The position numbers and the translations under genes are program-made. A DNA stretch of 64,000 nt. Origin: Hyaloraphidium curvatum SAG 235-1. Its lineage: Eukaryota > Fungi > Monoblepharomycota. Location: NCBI GenBank assembly GCA_025558095.1, contig JAIVFI010000009.1:785465-849464 (forward strand), given 5' to 3'. Positions 1 through 12,097 of the stretch are shown here, piece by piece. Numbering within the stretch: position 1 is the stretch's first letter; each line of letters begins with the position of its first letter. Under the pieces are notes generated by a model. It was not told the DNA's origin and made no database searches. It saw nothing but the letters and a program-made list of their open reading frames with translations.

Positions 1-66
1 ATCGGGCTCAATCTCGCCGATAGCCGCCTCCAATTTGCTCCTCCGCGCCCGCCACCAACTGCAGCA

Positions 67-498
67 ATGTCGTCGTCGTTCCTCACCTCCTCGGACGGCC
101 TGAAGGCCATCGGCCTCGGCGCCGCGCTGTGGGTCGCCGGCGTCGGCATCGTCCGCGCCGTGCCGCAGCTCTTCTCGCCCCAGGGCGCCTACGGCCTCTC
201 CGCGTCGACCATCAAGACCATCCTCGTGGCTACGGCGCCGCCGATGGGTTTCCCGCAGGTCATGGCGTTCGACCTGCTCGGCGTGCCGGCGTCCAAGCGC
301 GTCTACGCGGCCGCGGCCGGATGTGCCACCGCACTTTTCATGGACGGCGTGTCGATGGCGATGGAGGGCGGCGGGGCGTACAACGTCGGGGTCGAGGAGG
401 CCAAGACCATCTCGAGCTGGCTGCTGGTCACCTTCGGTAGCGTGCTCTTTGCCGCACTCGTCTTGGACGGCGCGTCGGGAGGACACCAAGAGCTCTGA
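67..498 (+). CDS. Small 4-TM membrane protein, tandem copy 1 (DUF5367-like)
   Basis: Intronless 143-aa hydrophobic ORF, a close paralog of 875..1303. The LW..G..IVR and LFMDG pattern recalls bacterial DUF5367 (inference). Confidence 0.75.
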   Translation: MSSSFLTSSDGLKAIGLGAALWVAGVGIVRAVPQLFSPQGAYGLSASTIKTILVATAPPMGFPQVMAFDLLGVPASKRVYAAAAGCATALFMDGVSMAMEGGGAYNVGVEEAKTISSWLLVTFGSVLFAALVLDGASGGHQEL

Positions 499-874
499 AC
501 TTGATCCAGGACCGGGACTTTGGTTGGCGCAGGATACGGGGGCTTGGACGCTGATGATTTTCGGGCTTTATGGGGTTCTAGAGCACATGTACATCGTAGC
601 GGAAGAGGAACAAGGACGCTGCCACTTGCGAAGTCAGGCGAGATCTGATCTGATTGAGCGCGATGGACCTCGAACGGCGAGAGAATCAGTCTGTTGAGCC
701 CATAGGGAATCTCTAGCGGAGGATCTGTAGCGGTCGATCCGATGAAACCAAAGAAGGGACCGGCCAAAGGGTCGAACGGGCGGAGTAACGCAGCATCGTT
801 CGACGCGGAACTTCTCTATCGCATCGCATTCAATCTCTCCAGTTTGCTCCACCTCCTCCCCACCTGCCGCGGCA

Positions 875-1303
875 ATGTCGTCGTTCCTCACTTCCTCCGA
901 CGGCCTCAAATCCATCGGCCTCGGCGCCGGGCTCTGGGTCATCGGCGTCGGCATCGTCCGCGCCGTGCCCGGCCTCTTCTCGCCCCAAGGCGCGTTCGGC
1001 CTTTCCGCCTCAACCATCAAGGCCCTCCTCGTGGTCACGGCACCCCCGCTGGGTTTCCCGCAGGCGATGTGCATCGACCTGCTCGGCCTACCTGCTTCGA
1101 AGCGCGTCTACGCGGCTGCGACGGCGTGCGCGACTGCGCTTCTCATGGATGGCGTGTCCATGGCCATGGACCGCGGCGGCGCTTACGATGTCGGGCCTGA
1201 AGAAGCCAAGGCGGTATCGAGCTTGCTGCTCGTCACCTTCGGCAGCGCGCTTTTCGCCGCGCTCGCGATGGATGGGGCGTCGGAAGGGCACCGGAAGCTC
1301 TGA
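875..1303 (+). CDS. Small 4-TM membrane protein, tandem copy 2 (DUF5367-like)
   Basis: 142-aa paralog of copy 1. Flanks are also duplicated (TGAACTTGAT at the stop, AGCACATGTACA downstream). Confidence 0.75.
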   Translation: MSSFLTSSDGLKSIGLGAGLWVIGVGIVRAVPGLFSPQGAFGLSASTIKALLVVTAPPLGFPQAMCIDLLGLPASKRVYAAATACATALLMDGVSMAMDRGGAYDVGPEEAKAVSSLLLVTFGSALFAALAMDGASEGHRKL

Positions 1304-1421
1304 ACTTGATTTTTCTGGGATATGGCACTTGGACAATACGACTTCCGGAGTTGACGAGTTCTTAAGCACATGTACAACACAACCTTGCTTCTAGACGTCT
1401 CGCGAGGGCAATGCTGACACT

Positions 1422-3981
1422 TCAAAGGCGCGCGCCCGAGGCCTGCGCCGCCTTGGCGTTGCGCGCGTCCACCTCCTCCTTCTTCCTCTTCGCGGCCTCC
1501 AGCCTCTCCTCGTCGCTGGTCCAGTACTCGACGTCGTACTGCTCCAGATCGATCTTCTTGATGTGGTCCAGGTAGTGGTTGGACCTGCCATTAACGGGTA
1601 TGGTCAGCCGGAGACTGTCATGGCGCCGATTGGTCTACTCACGGGCCCGGCCACTGCACGATCCGCCCATTCCGGTCCGTGTACCACCCGCCGCACGAAT
1701 GCTTCCAGACCGTCGTCTCCTTGAGGAAGGTCTGCGAATCCTCGAGAAACTTGAAGATCGGCTCCTTGTGCGGGTCGAAGGCCCTATGAGGAGTTAGGTT
1801 CGAAGTGCGACGTAGCACCCCGCGAAGACCCACTTGACGGGCTTGGGCGACTGCTGCATGTACTTGATTGCGGAAAAGATGTAGTTCATCTGCTGCTCTT
1901 CCTGCGGACCGGGCAGATTAGCGACGCGAGGCGCCGAGCCAGACCAGACGTGCCTGGATGAAGATGGAGTTGGCGGCGACTGGTGCCAGGGGGCCCATGC
2001 AGTAGAAGAGCTTGGGATCTGCAAACAAATGAGAACGGGCTCGAAGAGTCGTTCCTGCAAAGACCCACATCCGGTTACGGTCATGCTGTTGTGCGCCCAC
2101 GCAAAGTCCGCCCAGTCGTCCTTCAGAGACCGCCCGCCGCGCCCGTAGATCGGCATGTCCTCGTTGTAGTAGGTCGTGTTGAACCCCGTCGCGCAGATCA
2201 GGGCCTCGCACTTGTGCAGCTTGCCGTCCTTGGTCACCACGCCCTCGGGCACGACGTGCGAGATGACGTCCCCGCTGACGAGGTCCACGTGCGAGAGCTG
2301 CACCACGTCCAGGAAGTTGAGGCTGGGCGTCATCCGGCGGCAGCCCCAGGGGTACGAGGGGGTGAGCTTCTTGCGCAGCTCCTCGTCCTTGACGCTCTTG
2401 ACGAGCTTGTCCATGGCCATCCCCAGGACCCGGGTCTGCATCCGCGTGCCCTCGGTGTAGGCGGCCCAGAAGCGCTCGTTCGTTTCCCACGACCGCTTGT
2501 AGTAGTTCCTGCGCCGTGTCAACAGGCCGCAGTCGAAAGGGCACGAATCCAAACTTGCCAGAAAAAGTCCTTGTCCTTGAAGTTCTTCCGCTCCTCGGGC
2601 GTAAACACGATGTTGGCAAAGTGCGGCGTGATCCAGCTCGGAGTGCGCTGGAAGATGGTCATGTGCTTGACGGTCGCCCCGATGGCACCTGCACGAGGAC
2701 TCCGTCAGTGTCACCAATCGCAACCAGGGCAGTCCGGCGAGAGCCACCAATGATTTGCATTCCGCTAGAACCCGTCCCGATAATCGCAACATCCTTGCCT
2801 ACTGTTGAGTACGTCGTATCCCAGCGCGCGGCGTGGAGCATCTTGCCCTGGTAGCTCCGAAGGCCCGGAATCTCGGGCCACTTGGGCCGGTTCAGGAAGC
2901 CCTGCCCGTTGATGACCACATCCGCCAGCTCGACGTACTCGCGGCCCGTGGTGAGGTCGCGGACGTGCACCTCCCACTTGGCGGACGCGTCGTCGTAGGC
3001 CAGCTTGAAGACGGGCGAGTTGTAGCGGACGAACTGGTCGACGCCGTACTCCCTGTCGGCAACAAGGTCAGTAAGTGGAGCAGGGCAAGTACCGTAGAAC
3101 GAACCAGTAGACGCGCCGGAAGTACTCGAAAATCTCATGAGAGGAGGGATAGCCGGAGACCCAGTCGTTGGGAGCGAAGCGCCAGACGTCTCAAAGGTGC
3201 GACGCAACGTGAGCCTTCAGGACCAGTGAGATCTTCCACAGTCCCGGACTTACAGGCATGTGAAGGAACGTCACACTTGCAGCCTGGATACCGCTGTTCA
3301 CCACGACGTTTGTCGCCCACAACGGTCCATAGCCGGAAGGCAGCAACGTACGCAATCAGGAACCACATCTGCAATCGTTGAACAGGCATCTCACGTTTTC
3401 CCACCATGTACCTCCAAGTTCTGGATTCTTCTCAAAGATCCGCAGGTTGACCTTCTTCAGACGCCACTGCGACATGATACCCGCTGTCCGGAGACATAGC
3501 ACAGTGCCAGAGAGCAAGACACCCGGAAAACCATGGCAACACAGCATATTGTGACAGTGAAAGGCACCCGGAAAAGCCAACGAGTCGTCGTCAGAGAGGG
3601 CAATGAGCCGTCAGCAGCGTGCCGACGCACCCGTGATCCCGGCCATGCCTGCGCCGATGCAGACGACGTCCAGCTCCCTCAGCATATCTTCCGGCAGCTT
3701 GTACTCCTCCACCGGCGTGATATGGAACACCGCCGCGTCCTCTGCCGACATGCCGAACGGGTCCGTGTCGCCCTTGGCCGGCGACCGCACCTTGCTCTCG
3801 TCGAACCATTCCGGCGGCACGTGCCGGGCCGGCGCGGGGACTGGGTGCGGGTTGATAATGGAGACGATGGAGGGGTCGCTCGTATCGTAGGCCTGGAGGG
3901 GAACCGGGTTGGCGACGGCCGTCGTCTCCCATTCGGCGGTTCTACCTGGAGCGCCGGCATCGCGTCCAGGTCGAACGCCAT
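1422..3981 (-). CDS. Baeyer-Villiger/flavin-containing monooxygenase, multi-exon, PTS1-like C-terminus
   Basis: Motifs VCIGAGMAG, GGTWWEN/YPGCKCDVPSHA, BVMO fingerprint YQGKMLHAARWD, AIIGTGSSG and ICATGF. First intron 3945..3893. Last exon ends ASGARL*. Confidence 0.9.
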
Positions 3982-4194
3982 AGCGGCGGCAGGCAACTGG
4001 AGACGATGCGCTCGAAAGGCACGTAGACAGACGGCGGAGGAACGGGAGCTCTGTCCGCCGAACCCAACAGAACAGAGACCGCGGAACGGCGATCGCGCGC
4101 AAGGACCCGCACACTTTGGTGGCAAGGCCAATCCTTCCACCGACCGGTCGTCGATCGAGAAACATCATTGTGATTGAGAGTGTCGGAAAAAGCC

Positions 4195-5272
4195 TTACAG
4201 CTTTCCTGCCTTGCCGTACTTCTCCCTCACGTAGTCCTCCACGGTCGCCAGCTTCGTCTCCCCGTAAACAAGCTCGTTCACGAGCTTCTCCTTCGGGATC
4301 CGGTCCTTCCCCGTCGCCAGCGTAATGCTGAGCTCCAGCTCGATCGTCTCGTACGCGGACTTGGCCTTGGCGCGCGCGGCGTCGTACTTGGCCTGCAGCT
4401 CCGCGACAGGGGTGTACTTGCGCTCGAGCTTCACGCCTGCGAGACGGAATCAGAGCTGATCGCGGCAAAACCGAGGACGGGAACCCACCCGCATACCTTT
4501 CGATGATGTCCACGATCTGGTTGTGGTTTTTCTCGTCGCCCGCGATGCAACACTCCCAGGTGCCGTCCTTAAGGCGAGACCACCACTTGCCCGTGTCCGC
4601 GACCAGGTTGGCGACCCCCTCTGCGATGTCCTTTTGGTGTGTCCAGGTTATTGCGGCGTTGCCGTCGCCGTTGATGGCCGCGGTCCGCTTTTCGATGTCG
4701 ATGGTAAGGAAGGGGGGGTAGTCGAGGTACTGGAGGCGGCAAGACGCGTCAGACCTGTGCTCATCATGGCCGTCAGAGCCAATGGAGCCCACCTCGACGA
4801 ACCAGCCGTTGCAGAACTGGACGACCGGGATCCCGGCCTCCTTGTACGCCTCCCGCACCTTCCGGCCCGCGTTGTTATAATAGTCTTGGTTAATATCCTC
4901 GCCCTCGTTCTCTCCGACGCCCCATTCAGATTGGAAGAAGAGCTTCACGCCGGCCTTGACCAGCGCCGGCGCCCAGTCGATCTGGGACGGGATCGCGTCC
5001 CCCGCGACGGCCGACACCACGCAGTCCACGCCCTTCATGGCCTCGGCGAACGCGTCCGACGCGTAGTCGGCCACGTGAATGAGCTTGGCCCCGGCATCGA
5101 TGAGCTTCTTCGCCTCGGGCTTGAGCTCCGATGCGGGGGTCCGCGAGACAACGGAAACCGCGTCCAACTGGCTCGGCACACGCGCCAGCAGGCCCGTGAC
5201 GAGGTAGTGGCCGAGGCCGCCGGTGCCGCCGAGCACGGCGACGTGCTTTATCGCGGGAGCGGGGGGAGACAT
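4195..5272 (-). CDS. NmrA/isoflavone-reductase-like NAD(P)-binding protein
   Basis: VAVLGGTGGLG Rossmann motif, FFQSEWG, NGWF, THQKDIAEGV; two short introns. Confidence 0.85.
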
Positions 5273-5517
5273 CGGGTTGTGTCGGAGTGTTGCTGGGTGA
5301 CCGCCGCCGAGCCGAGCCGCCCGCACCTTTATAGCGCCATCCCTGACATCCGTTCCGTCACCGGTTTCGAAACACTGCCGCGACGACGGCGCTATGATAG
5401 CGAAGATGGATCTCCATGGAAACGGAAAGAACAGCAAGATTCAACTACGCATCCGCACCGACGCCCAGCCAACCCTCGAGCGATCTCGACGTGTCCCATG
5501 AACCGCCCATCACCGGA

Positions 5518-7374
5518 TCACTTGGCCGCTGCCCTCACCGGCAAAGCCTGCGCGATCACCACCCTGCCCGTCTTCCCCACCCCTGCATCCTTGGCTTCCT
5601 CCACGTCCCGCACGCTCAGGAACACCCTCTCGCCGGGTGGCGCCGCGTCGTCCGGGACCGCCTCCACCTCTTCCGCAAACCGTTCCGGACTCGTCCCACG
5701 CGTATCCACCCCCGCAGCTTCCGCCTCCGACGCGAACGATCTCGCCACGTCCGCAGCCATCATCCCGTTCAACCCCGCCATCAACCCCAACGCCCTCGCA
5801 ACCGACCGTACCCCTCTCGCCAGCTCCTCCGGCGGCGGCACCCCCTTGGCCGGCCCGTGCTCCCTCGCGCTGCGCACGGCCTCGACCAGCGCCCGGCCGG
5901 CGATGTAGCTCGGCACCAGGATCACGATGTGCCCCGCGACGAAGGCCGGGTCCGCGCGGGCGAGGCCCGCGAGGAGGAGGGCGAACCGGTGCGCGCGCGC
6001 GACGGAGGCCGAGGCGAAACCGGCGGCGGCGAGGGCCTGCATGCCAATGTCTTCGATGCATAGAACGTATCGGAGGGCCGCGCTGGTGTGCAGGGGGGAG
6101 GCAAAGGGGAGGTGCGTGGAGCTGAGGAAGGCCGAGGCGTCGCCGCGGGAAAAGGCCGACGCGAGGGCGGGGTCGAGGACGGAGGGGAGCACGTCCGAGG
6201 CGGTCGCGAGCTGCACGAGGCTTTCCCTGCGCTCGTGGGAGGCGGGGAGGCGATGCAGGTGGTTGAGGCGGTGGCGAAGGTACGGCGCGGCGAAATAGAG
6301 GAGCATCGCGCTGCCCGAGCCCGAAAAGGCGGCGGCGGCGAGGCTGCGCAGGGTGGCCGCGACGGCCGGCCAGGTAGGGTCCCCAAAGGCGACCGAGGGC
6401 CACGGCTTCCCCGCCCTTGCCGCCTCCAGCGCGGCGAACACCGCCTCGGGATCGCGCGAGCTATAGAACGTCTCCGCGACCGGGAGGGGGTATTCGTGCC
6501 GGTGGAAGTAGCTGGCAAACTCGGCCCTCCCCGAAAATCGCGCGTTGGTGACGTCGACCGCGGCAACAGGGATCCGCAGGCGGAGCACCATCTCACGCTT
6601 GATCCATGATTTGGCGTCGGGCGGATCTTCCGTCGGCAGGGCGCGGAACAGCGCGTCCGCGGCGCGGGCTGCCGCGTACATGAGCGGGTAGGTGCGAACG
6701 GGGGTGTTGGAGCCCAGGAAGACGTTCACCAGCAGCATCAGCGCCTGGGCGGCCTCGAGGTCGTCCCCACCGCGTGCGAGCAGCAGCTCCCGCGCGCGAT
6801 CCGAGCACCACAGGGCGGCAGCCACACGGTCCCGCATCGGCAGGTCCGTCATCACACGGAATCCGTTGGCTGCGATGCCGAACATCAAGGCCATCGGTTT
6901 CGGTCGGTAGACGAACAAAGGGCCCGGCCGGAAGGCGCGCTCGAACGCCGTGCGGTTCATGAACGGGAAGATCGGATGAACGACATCCCAGTAGTTCGAA
7001 ATCGCCGGCAGGAACAGGTCGGCGGCGGGGTTGTTAGGGTCCACGCCGCGGGGGACGGCGGGGACGAGCGAGCCCCGTCGCGGCGGTGGTCCGTCGCCGC
7101 GCGATCCGCCCACGTCCCACGACGCCGTGCGGCCGTGAAGAGCAAACTCCAGGCGGCCGCCGGGCATCGGCAGCGAGGCCTGGCCGCGGTCGACGCGGAG
7201 GAGCTGTCCCCCGGCCTGTCCCCCGGCCTGTCCCCCGGCCTGTCCCCCGGCCTGTCCCCAGCGAAAGTCGCCTTCGCCTCCGTCGTCGTCGTCGTCCGCG
7301 GCCGGGTCCAACTGCCACGCATTCGCCCGCCGGACCAGATCGTCCCACGTCGCGCCGTCGCCTTCCGCGGGCAT
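5518..7374 (-). CDS. Fungal_trans (middle homology) domain protein with no visible Zn2Cys6 cluster
   Basis: 618-aa ORF with YWDVVHPIFPFMNRTAF, LEAAQALMLL and WIKREMVLR. Confidence 0.7.
   Translation of the reverse strand: MPAEGDGATWDDLVRRANAWQLDPAADDDDDGGEGDFRWGQAGGQAGGQAGGQAGGQLLRVDRGQASLPMPGGRLEFALHGRTASWDVGGSRGDGPPPRRGSLVPAVPRGVDPNNPAADLFLPAISNYWDVVHPIFPFMNRTAFERAFRPGPLFVYRPKPMALMFGIAANGFRVMTDLPMRDRVAAALWCSDRARELLLARGGDDLEAAQALMLLVNVFLGSNTPVRTYPLMYAAARAADALFRALPTEDPPDAKSWIKREMVLRLRIPVAAVDVTNARFSGRAEFASYFHRHEYPLPVAETFYSSRDPEAVFAALEAARAGKPWPSVAFGDPTWPAVAATLRSLAAAAFSGSGSAMLLYFAAPYLRHRLNHLHRLPASHERRESLVQLATASDVLPSVLDPALASAFSRGDASAFLSSTHLPFASPLHTSAALRYVLCIEDIGMQALAAAGFASASVARAHRFALLLAGLARADPAFVAGHIVILVPSYIAGRALVEAVRSAREHGPAKGVPPPEELARGVRSVARALGLMAGLNGMMAADVARSFASEAEAAGVDTRGTSPERFAEEVEAVPDDAAPPGERVFLSVRDVEEAKDAGVGKTGRVVIAQALPVRAAAK
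7204..7259. repeat. 12-bp coding minisatellite (CTGTCCCCCGGC) x4.7, encoding QAGG repeats on the minus strand
   Basis: Directly visible. Confidence 0.95.
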
Positions 7375-7547
7375 CGCGGCGCCCGTCAGCGGTGTCCCCA
7401 GTCGGCGGTTATTCTGGGTCCAGGCCGTCCCCCGTCACCGTCGTCGCGAAAACGACCGCGACGCGGGTGAAAAATCGAATTTGAGTGAACTGAAAAGAAC
7501 ATCGGGGTTCAACGACGAAGATGTTGTCGTCGGCACCGGCCCGGAGC

Positions 7548-8873
7548 TCAGGGTATCTCGACCGCCGCTTCCCCCGGGAGCCGCCGGAACGCCACGGGGT
7601 TCAGCGCCGCCGTGAGCATGACCTGTTGGACAAGCGACCACGGATCGGCTTCGCTCCCGCGCAAAGCCCGCCCTGGAAGGCTCCCACCTTGTTGATCGTG
7701 GAATGCGGCCTCTCCCCCACCCCCCTCTCCATCTCCCGCACCGCCATCTCCAGCGCCTTCTCCTTCGCAAACTCCCTCATCCGATCATCCCCCACCACCT
7801 GCGCGCCCATCAGCGCCCCGTAGATCCTGAAATCGAGCGGATCGCCGCCTCTCGCGCCCTCGCTTGCCCTCGCCAACGCCCCCGGCGCGACCGAGCGGAG
7901 CGCGGAAAGGTATCCCCCGCTCCCCGGACCGCCGAGCCATTGGGAGGTCCAGAGATGCGTCCCGAGTCCCAGCGGGTCCGCGGCGTCGGAGAGGGCCGAG
8001 GAAGGGGAGGCGAGGTACGCCCGCGCGATCGGGAGGAGGTCGGCGATCTCCCCGCGCAGCGAACCCGTGCCCGCATCAAGAAGGTGAAACACGGCGAGCG
8101 CCGAAAGCGCGTCGTGGTTCGGCCTCGGCTGCGGTGCCCCGGCGATTGGGGTCAAGTCGACGTTGAGTTTCCAGCGGTAGCCGCGGCCGGGGACGAAGAA
8201 GAAAGGGTGGAGCTGTTTGGCGAGCGTGACGGCGGAGGCGAGGCGGGTGGTGTCGGAGGAGACGGCGGAGTAGCGGGCGAGGGCGAAGAGCCACTTGTCG
8301 ATGTAGTGCCCTGTGGATCCCAGATGACCAGAGGACACAATCAAGTCAGCTCGTGAGAGTGCCGACCGGACGCCCCGAAAGACCCACAGTACATCCCGTC
8401 GTACTCCATGCCGTAATCCGTCCCCTTCCTCGCCATCTCCTTGCCGATCCTGAGCCCCATGTAGCCCCCCGTCGCCGGGTCGTGCCGCATCGGGAACTCG
8501 GCCGACCTCGGGTTTCCGAGGCACGCGTGGACGGCGTCGATGAGCCTGGCGGCGGCGCCTAGGTACCGGTCGGACATGGTGTCGGGTTCGCCGGCGTCCT
8601 TGGCCAGCTGCTGTGAGAGCATGGCCTGGGAGCCGAATGTGGCGACGGCGAAGGCGTCGGTCCCTGGCTTCCTGTCACAACGGCTCAGTTCCGAGGCCGC
8701 GACTGGGACCCACAGAGGTAACGCCGCTGTCCGCTCGGGGAAGGGCCGGCCTCGCTCGCGGGCATCGGCTTGGGGAAGCCCCCGGACGCGGCGGTCCAGT
8801 CACCATATACGTCCGCCAGCAGGGCGTCGGCGAGGCCCAGCAGCTCCCTTGCGCCGTCCGAAGCGGCTGCCAT
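7548..8873 (-). CDS. Conserved uncharacterised protein (RYLWTDAF / GLRIGK / DGxYxHY family)
   Basis: Spliced exons give QRRYL-W-TDAFAVATF, GLRIGKE, DGMY-HYIDKWLFALARY and HSTINK-VMLTAALNP. Confidence 0.75.
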
Positions 8874-8999
8874 CGTGCGCCTGAAAAGCGCTGCGTGGTT
8901 TCGAGGAAGAAGGAGCCGTCGAATGGCTCCGAAAACCGCGGTGAATCACGCGGAAGCGCCAACTGTCGACCCGACGCCGTCCAAACAAACCGACGCCGG

Positions 9000-9953
9000 A
9001 TGGGCAAGCGCTCCCGCGAGGCCGGCGACGGCGCCGCGGGCGGGCCGTCCAAGAAGGCCAAGAAGGAGAAGCAGAAGGCCGAGCACCGCGCGCTGCGCAA
9101 GGCCAAGAAGGAGCGCAAAGCCGCCGAGAAGATGGCGAGGCTCGCGGCCAAGGAGGCCGAGCCGGAGCCGGCGGAGGAGGAGGAGGAGCTAGCCGGGGAG
9201 GGGAAATTGACGTTCAAGGAGCGGGCAAAGGCGGCGAAGAAGGCGCGGAAGGAGCTGAAGAAGCAGCGGCTGGCGGCGGAGGCGGCGGCTGCTGCCGCGA
9301 GGGCCGAGTCGGGCGAGCCCGCCGAGCCCGAGGAGGAGGTCGAGCTCACGCCGAAGCAGCTGCGGAAGCTCGAGAAGAGGGTGGCAAAGGAGAAGAAGCG
9401 CGCGGCGGCGGCGGCGGCGGCAGCTGAGGCTGCGAAGCCCGCGAAGCCGAAAGCCGCCGACCCCGCGCCGGCCCGCTCGGGCTCGGACTCGGACTCTGCC
9501 TCCGAAAAAGAGGACCGCGACGGAGACGGCGGCCAGAATCAGGCCGCGGATGGGAACGGCGAGCCGGTGCTGAGCGACAAGCAGCGGTGGCGGCGCAACA
9601 AGAAGCTCCGCAAGGAGAAGCGCCGCGCCAAGATCGAGGCCCGCAAGGCGCGCGAGGCCGCGGCGCAGGCGGACGGCGGCGGGGGGGAGGACCACCCGGC
9701 CGACGACGACGCCGCCCCGGCCAAGAAGCCGTGGAACGACTGGTCCTCCTCCTTTGCCGGGGACGACGCCAAGCGGGACAAGTTCCTGCGGCTGCTGGGC
9801 GCAAAGAAGGCCGGGAACGAGGCGGCGCTCGCGGGCGGGGCGGTCAGGGCTGGGGAGGGGGTGGAGGAGAAGCTGGAGGCGGAGTTTGAGCGGGCGAGGG
9901 GGTTCGATGGGAGGAAGAGGTGGGGAGGGAAGGTCGGGTTGGGGGGGTACTGA
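9000..9953 (+). CDS. Lysine-rich protein with C-terminal SMAP domain (KNOP1-like, probably nucleolar)
   Basis: K/E-rich; WNDWSSSFAGDDAKRDKFLRLLGAKK...LEAEFERAR...GLG. Confidence 0.8.
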   Translation: MGKRSREAGDGAAGGPSKKAKKEKQKAEHRALRKAKKERKAAEKMARLAAKEAEPEPAEEEEELAGEGKLTFKERAKAAKKARKELKKQRLAAEAAAAAARAESGEPAEPEEEVELTPKQLRKLEKRVAKEKKRAAAAAAAAEAAKPAKPKAADPAPARSGSDSDSASEKEDRDGDGGQNQAADGNGEPVLSDKQRWRRNKKLRKEKRRAKIEARKAREAAAQADGGGGEDHPADDDAAPAKKPWNDWSSSFAGDDAKRDKFLRLLGAKKAGNEAALAGGAVRAGEGVEEKLEAEFERARGFDGRKRWGGKVGLGGY

Positions 9954-11077
9954 GGCGCTGGAGTGTTCGCCAGGGCCAGGCAGAAGCGACTTGGAGAGTG
10001 GTGCTCGTCGCCATTACATTCTTGCATTTCGTCAGTCAACCATTTCCAGATCCGAAGCGGACGAGTCAGGTGGGGCGCAACGCCGCACCTCGCGCTCTCC
10101 GCCCCCGGCTCGCCGCCCGCTCCCCGGAAATCACAACCTTGTTGAAAGCACCGGATTCCGGACATTGTCCGTCGCTTGAATGTCGCCATCGGGCCGGCGA
10201 TCCGAGGGAACCTCGAAACAAGTGCGGCGGGGCGGAGACTGTGTCTGGTCCGAGCCGGTGGCCGCCCGCATTGCCGCTCCGGGCGGAATCGTCTGAGTGT
10301 CGAGCAAGCGTGGAGCGCAGCGGACTCGAATGTTTGCGCTGATTTTGTTGCGCGAGACGTCGCCCGATCTCATCAAGGTGGCCGCCCGTCGTGCCCCAGA
10401 GTCCGACGACTCATCAAGCGCCTCCGCGCAACCGCCGTCGTTCCCCCCGCAAACGGCCAGGCATCCACCATCGCCGGCCCACTTCCAAGAAAGCGCGGCC
10501 CCATGTGGCGCCATGGCCAGCGAATGAAGACAGGTTCGGTGAACTCGGAAGCCCCGATCCCCGGGCCCCGCTTCCGGAACCCGCCCGGCCGATCCGCGGC
10601 GCCGCGCCCCGCCCCACCGCTAGTCCCTGCGCGGTTGGATGCTCCAGTGGATCCCTGGCGGATGCCGGAGGTGGACGCGGGGAAACTTGTACAAGATTCG
10701 CGGGACCGGTCCGAGGGATCGCGACGAGTCATTTGTGGCCACGATCACGGGCGAATCCCATCTCGCGGCGGCGCCCGCAGCGCGACCATCCGGGGAAGCG
10801 GAGGCCCGGATTCACGGGGAACAATGTTCTGAGCGACGTGGGCGTTTTGCCAAAGTTCCGGGGCCGCAGGGTCCATGCCGGTTGGAGGTTTGGGCGTGGG
10901 ACGAGTGGAATTGGGGACCCACGTCAGACGCCAGCTCATCCGATTTCGCGGCCGGTCCAAATCCCTGGCGGAAACCGACGTTCTCGGCCCCGGGACCAGA
11001 CCACTCGAGTGCTCCCCGCTTGCCCCGACCGAACGGCGCCGGCCCGCGGCACCCGACCGATTGCAGCAGCCGACGCC

Positions 11078-12097
11078 ATGGCGGTCGCCGCCGCCGCGCC
11101 CATCGCCGTCCGCGGCCGCCCCGCCGCCTGGAGCCCGATGACCGCCTCTCCCCCGTCGCCGCCCCGCGTGTCCGCGGTCGGCCCCATCGCCCCGCCGCCG
11201 CGGAGGGAGGCGTCGTTCCCGGCGGTCGCCGCACTTCCTCACTCGCCCGGCACACGCGCTCCCCTGCCCGACGGCGCCTCCATCGAGCTTTCCCCGCTGT
11301 CCATCGCGCACCGCCGCACCTCCTCCCTCTCCTCCGACGCCTCTGCCACCTCCACCGCGCTCTCCTCCTCCGGGCGCCCCCCCTCGGCCGAGTCGGACGC
11401 CTCCTCGGACACCTTCCCGCCTCGCCGCCCCTTACTCCTCCGCCACGACTCGGCCGTCTCGCTGTTCCACCAGGACCCCTTCGAGACCGCGCTGGGCGGA
11501 CCGCTGCCCGACCTGCTCCCCGCGATCGCCTCCTCGCCGCCCTCCTCCCCCTCCGACCGCCCCGAGAAGCCCAAGGCGTTCCGGTGCACCTTCCCCGGCT
11601 GCGACAAGGTACCTTCCTGCATCCGCTCGCCGCGCCATCGTCCCGTTGATCCGGCCCGTCCCGCATGCAGTCCTTCACCACCTCGGGCCACCTCTCCCGC
11701 CACCGCCGCAACCACGCCGCCTACGCCGACCGCCCCTTCGCGTGCCCGGTGCCCGGATGCCCGCTGCGGTTCACGAGGACGGACAACCTGAGGAGCCACT
11801 ACCGGAGGTGCGTCGATTCCGGGGAGACGTGAAGGCGGGGAGCGCTGACGGTGGCTTTCGAAATTCCGCACCCCTCACTCGCTCGCTCGACGTCCCCGGT
11901 ACTCGGCAAGCAGCCACGCGAGGCAGCTCGGCATGGAAGGCGAGCTCCCCGAGGGATACGTCGCCGGCCTGGTCGCTGCGATCGGCGCCGCGGCTGTGCA
12001 GCCGTCGTTCCCGAGCGCGTGCGACGGCGACGAAGCCGAGGTGGAGATCTGGAGCGGGGATGCAGCGGGGTACGGGTACGGCTTTGGGGCGTGGTGA
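11078..12097 (+). CDS. C2H2 zinc-finger transcription factor, Nrg1-like
   Basis: FRCTFPGCDK/intron/SFTTSGHLSRHRRNH, and a second finger CPVPGCPLRFTRTDNLRSHY; S/P-rich N-terminus. Confidence 0.85.

Noticed and set aside
3611-5437. 608-aa ORF suggesting an NmrA-BVMO fusion
   Set aside because: It reads through introns and intergenic DNA; NmrA stops at 4195 and BVMO has its own ATG at 3981.
1422-7374. Secondary-metabolite gene cluster
   Set aside because: No PKS, NRPS or terpene backbone gene in the window.
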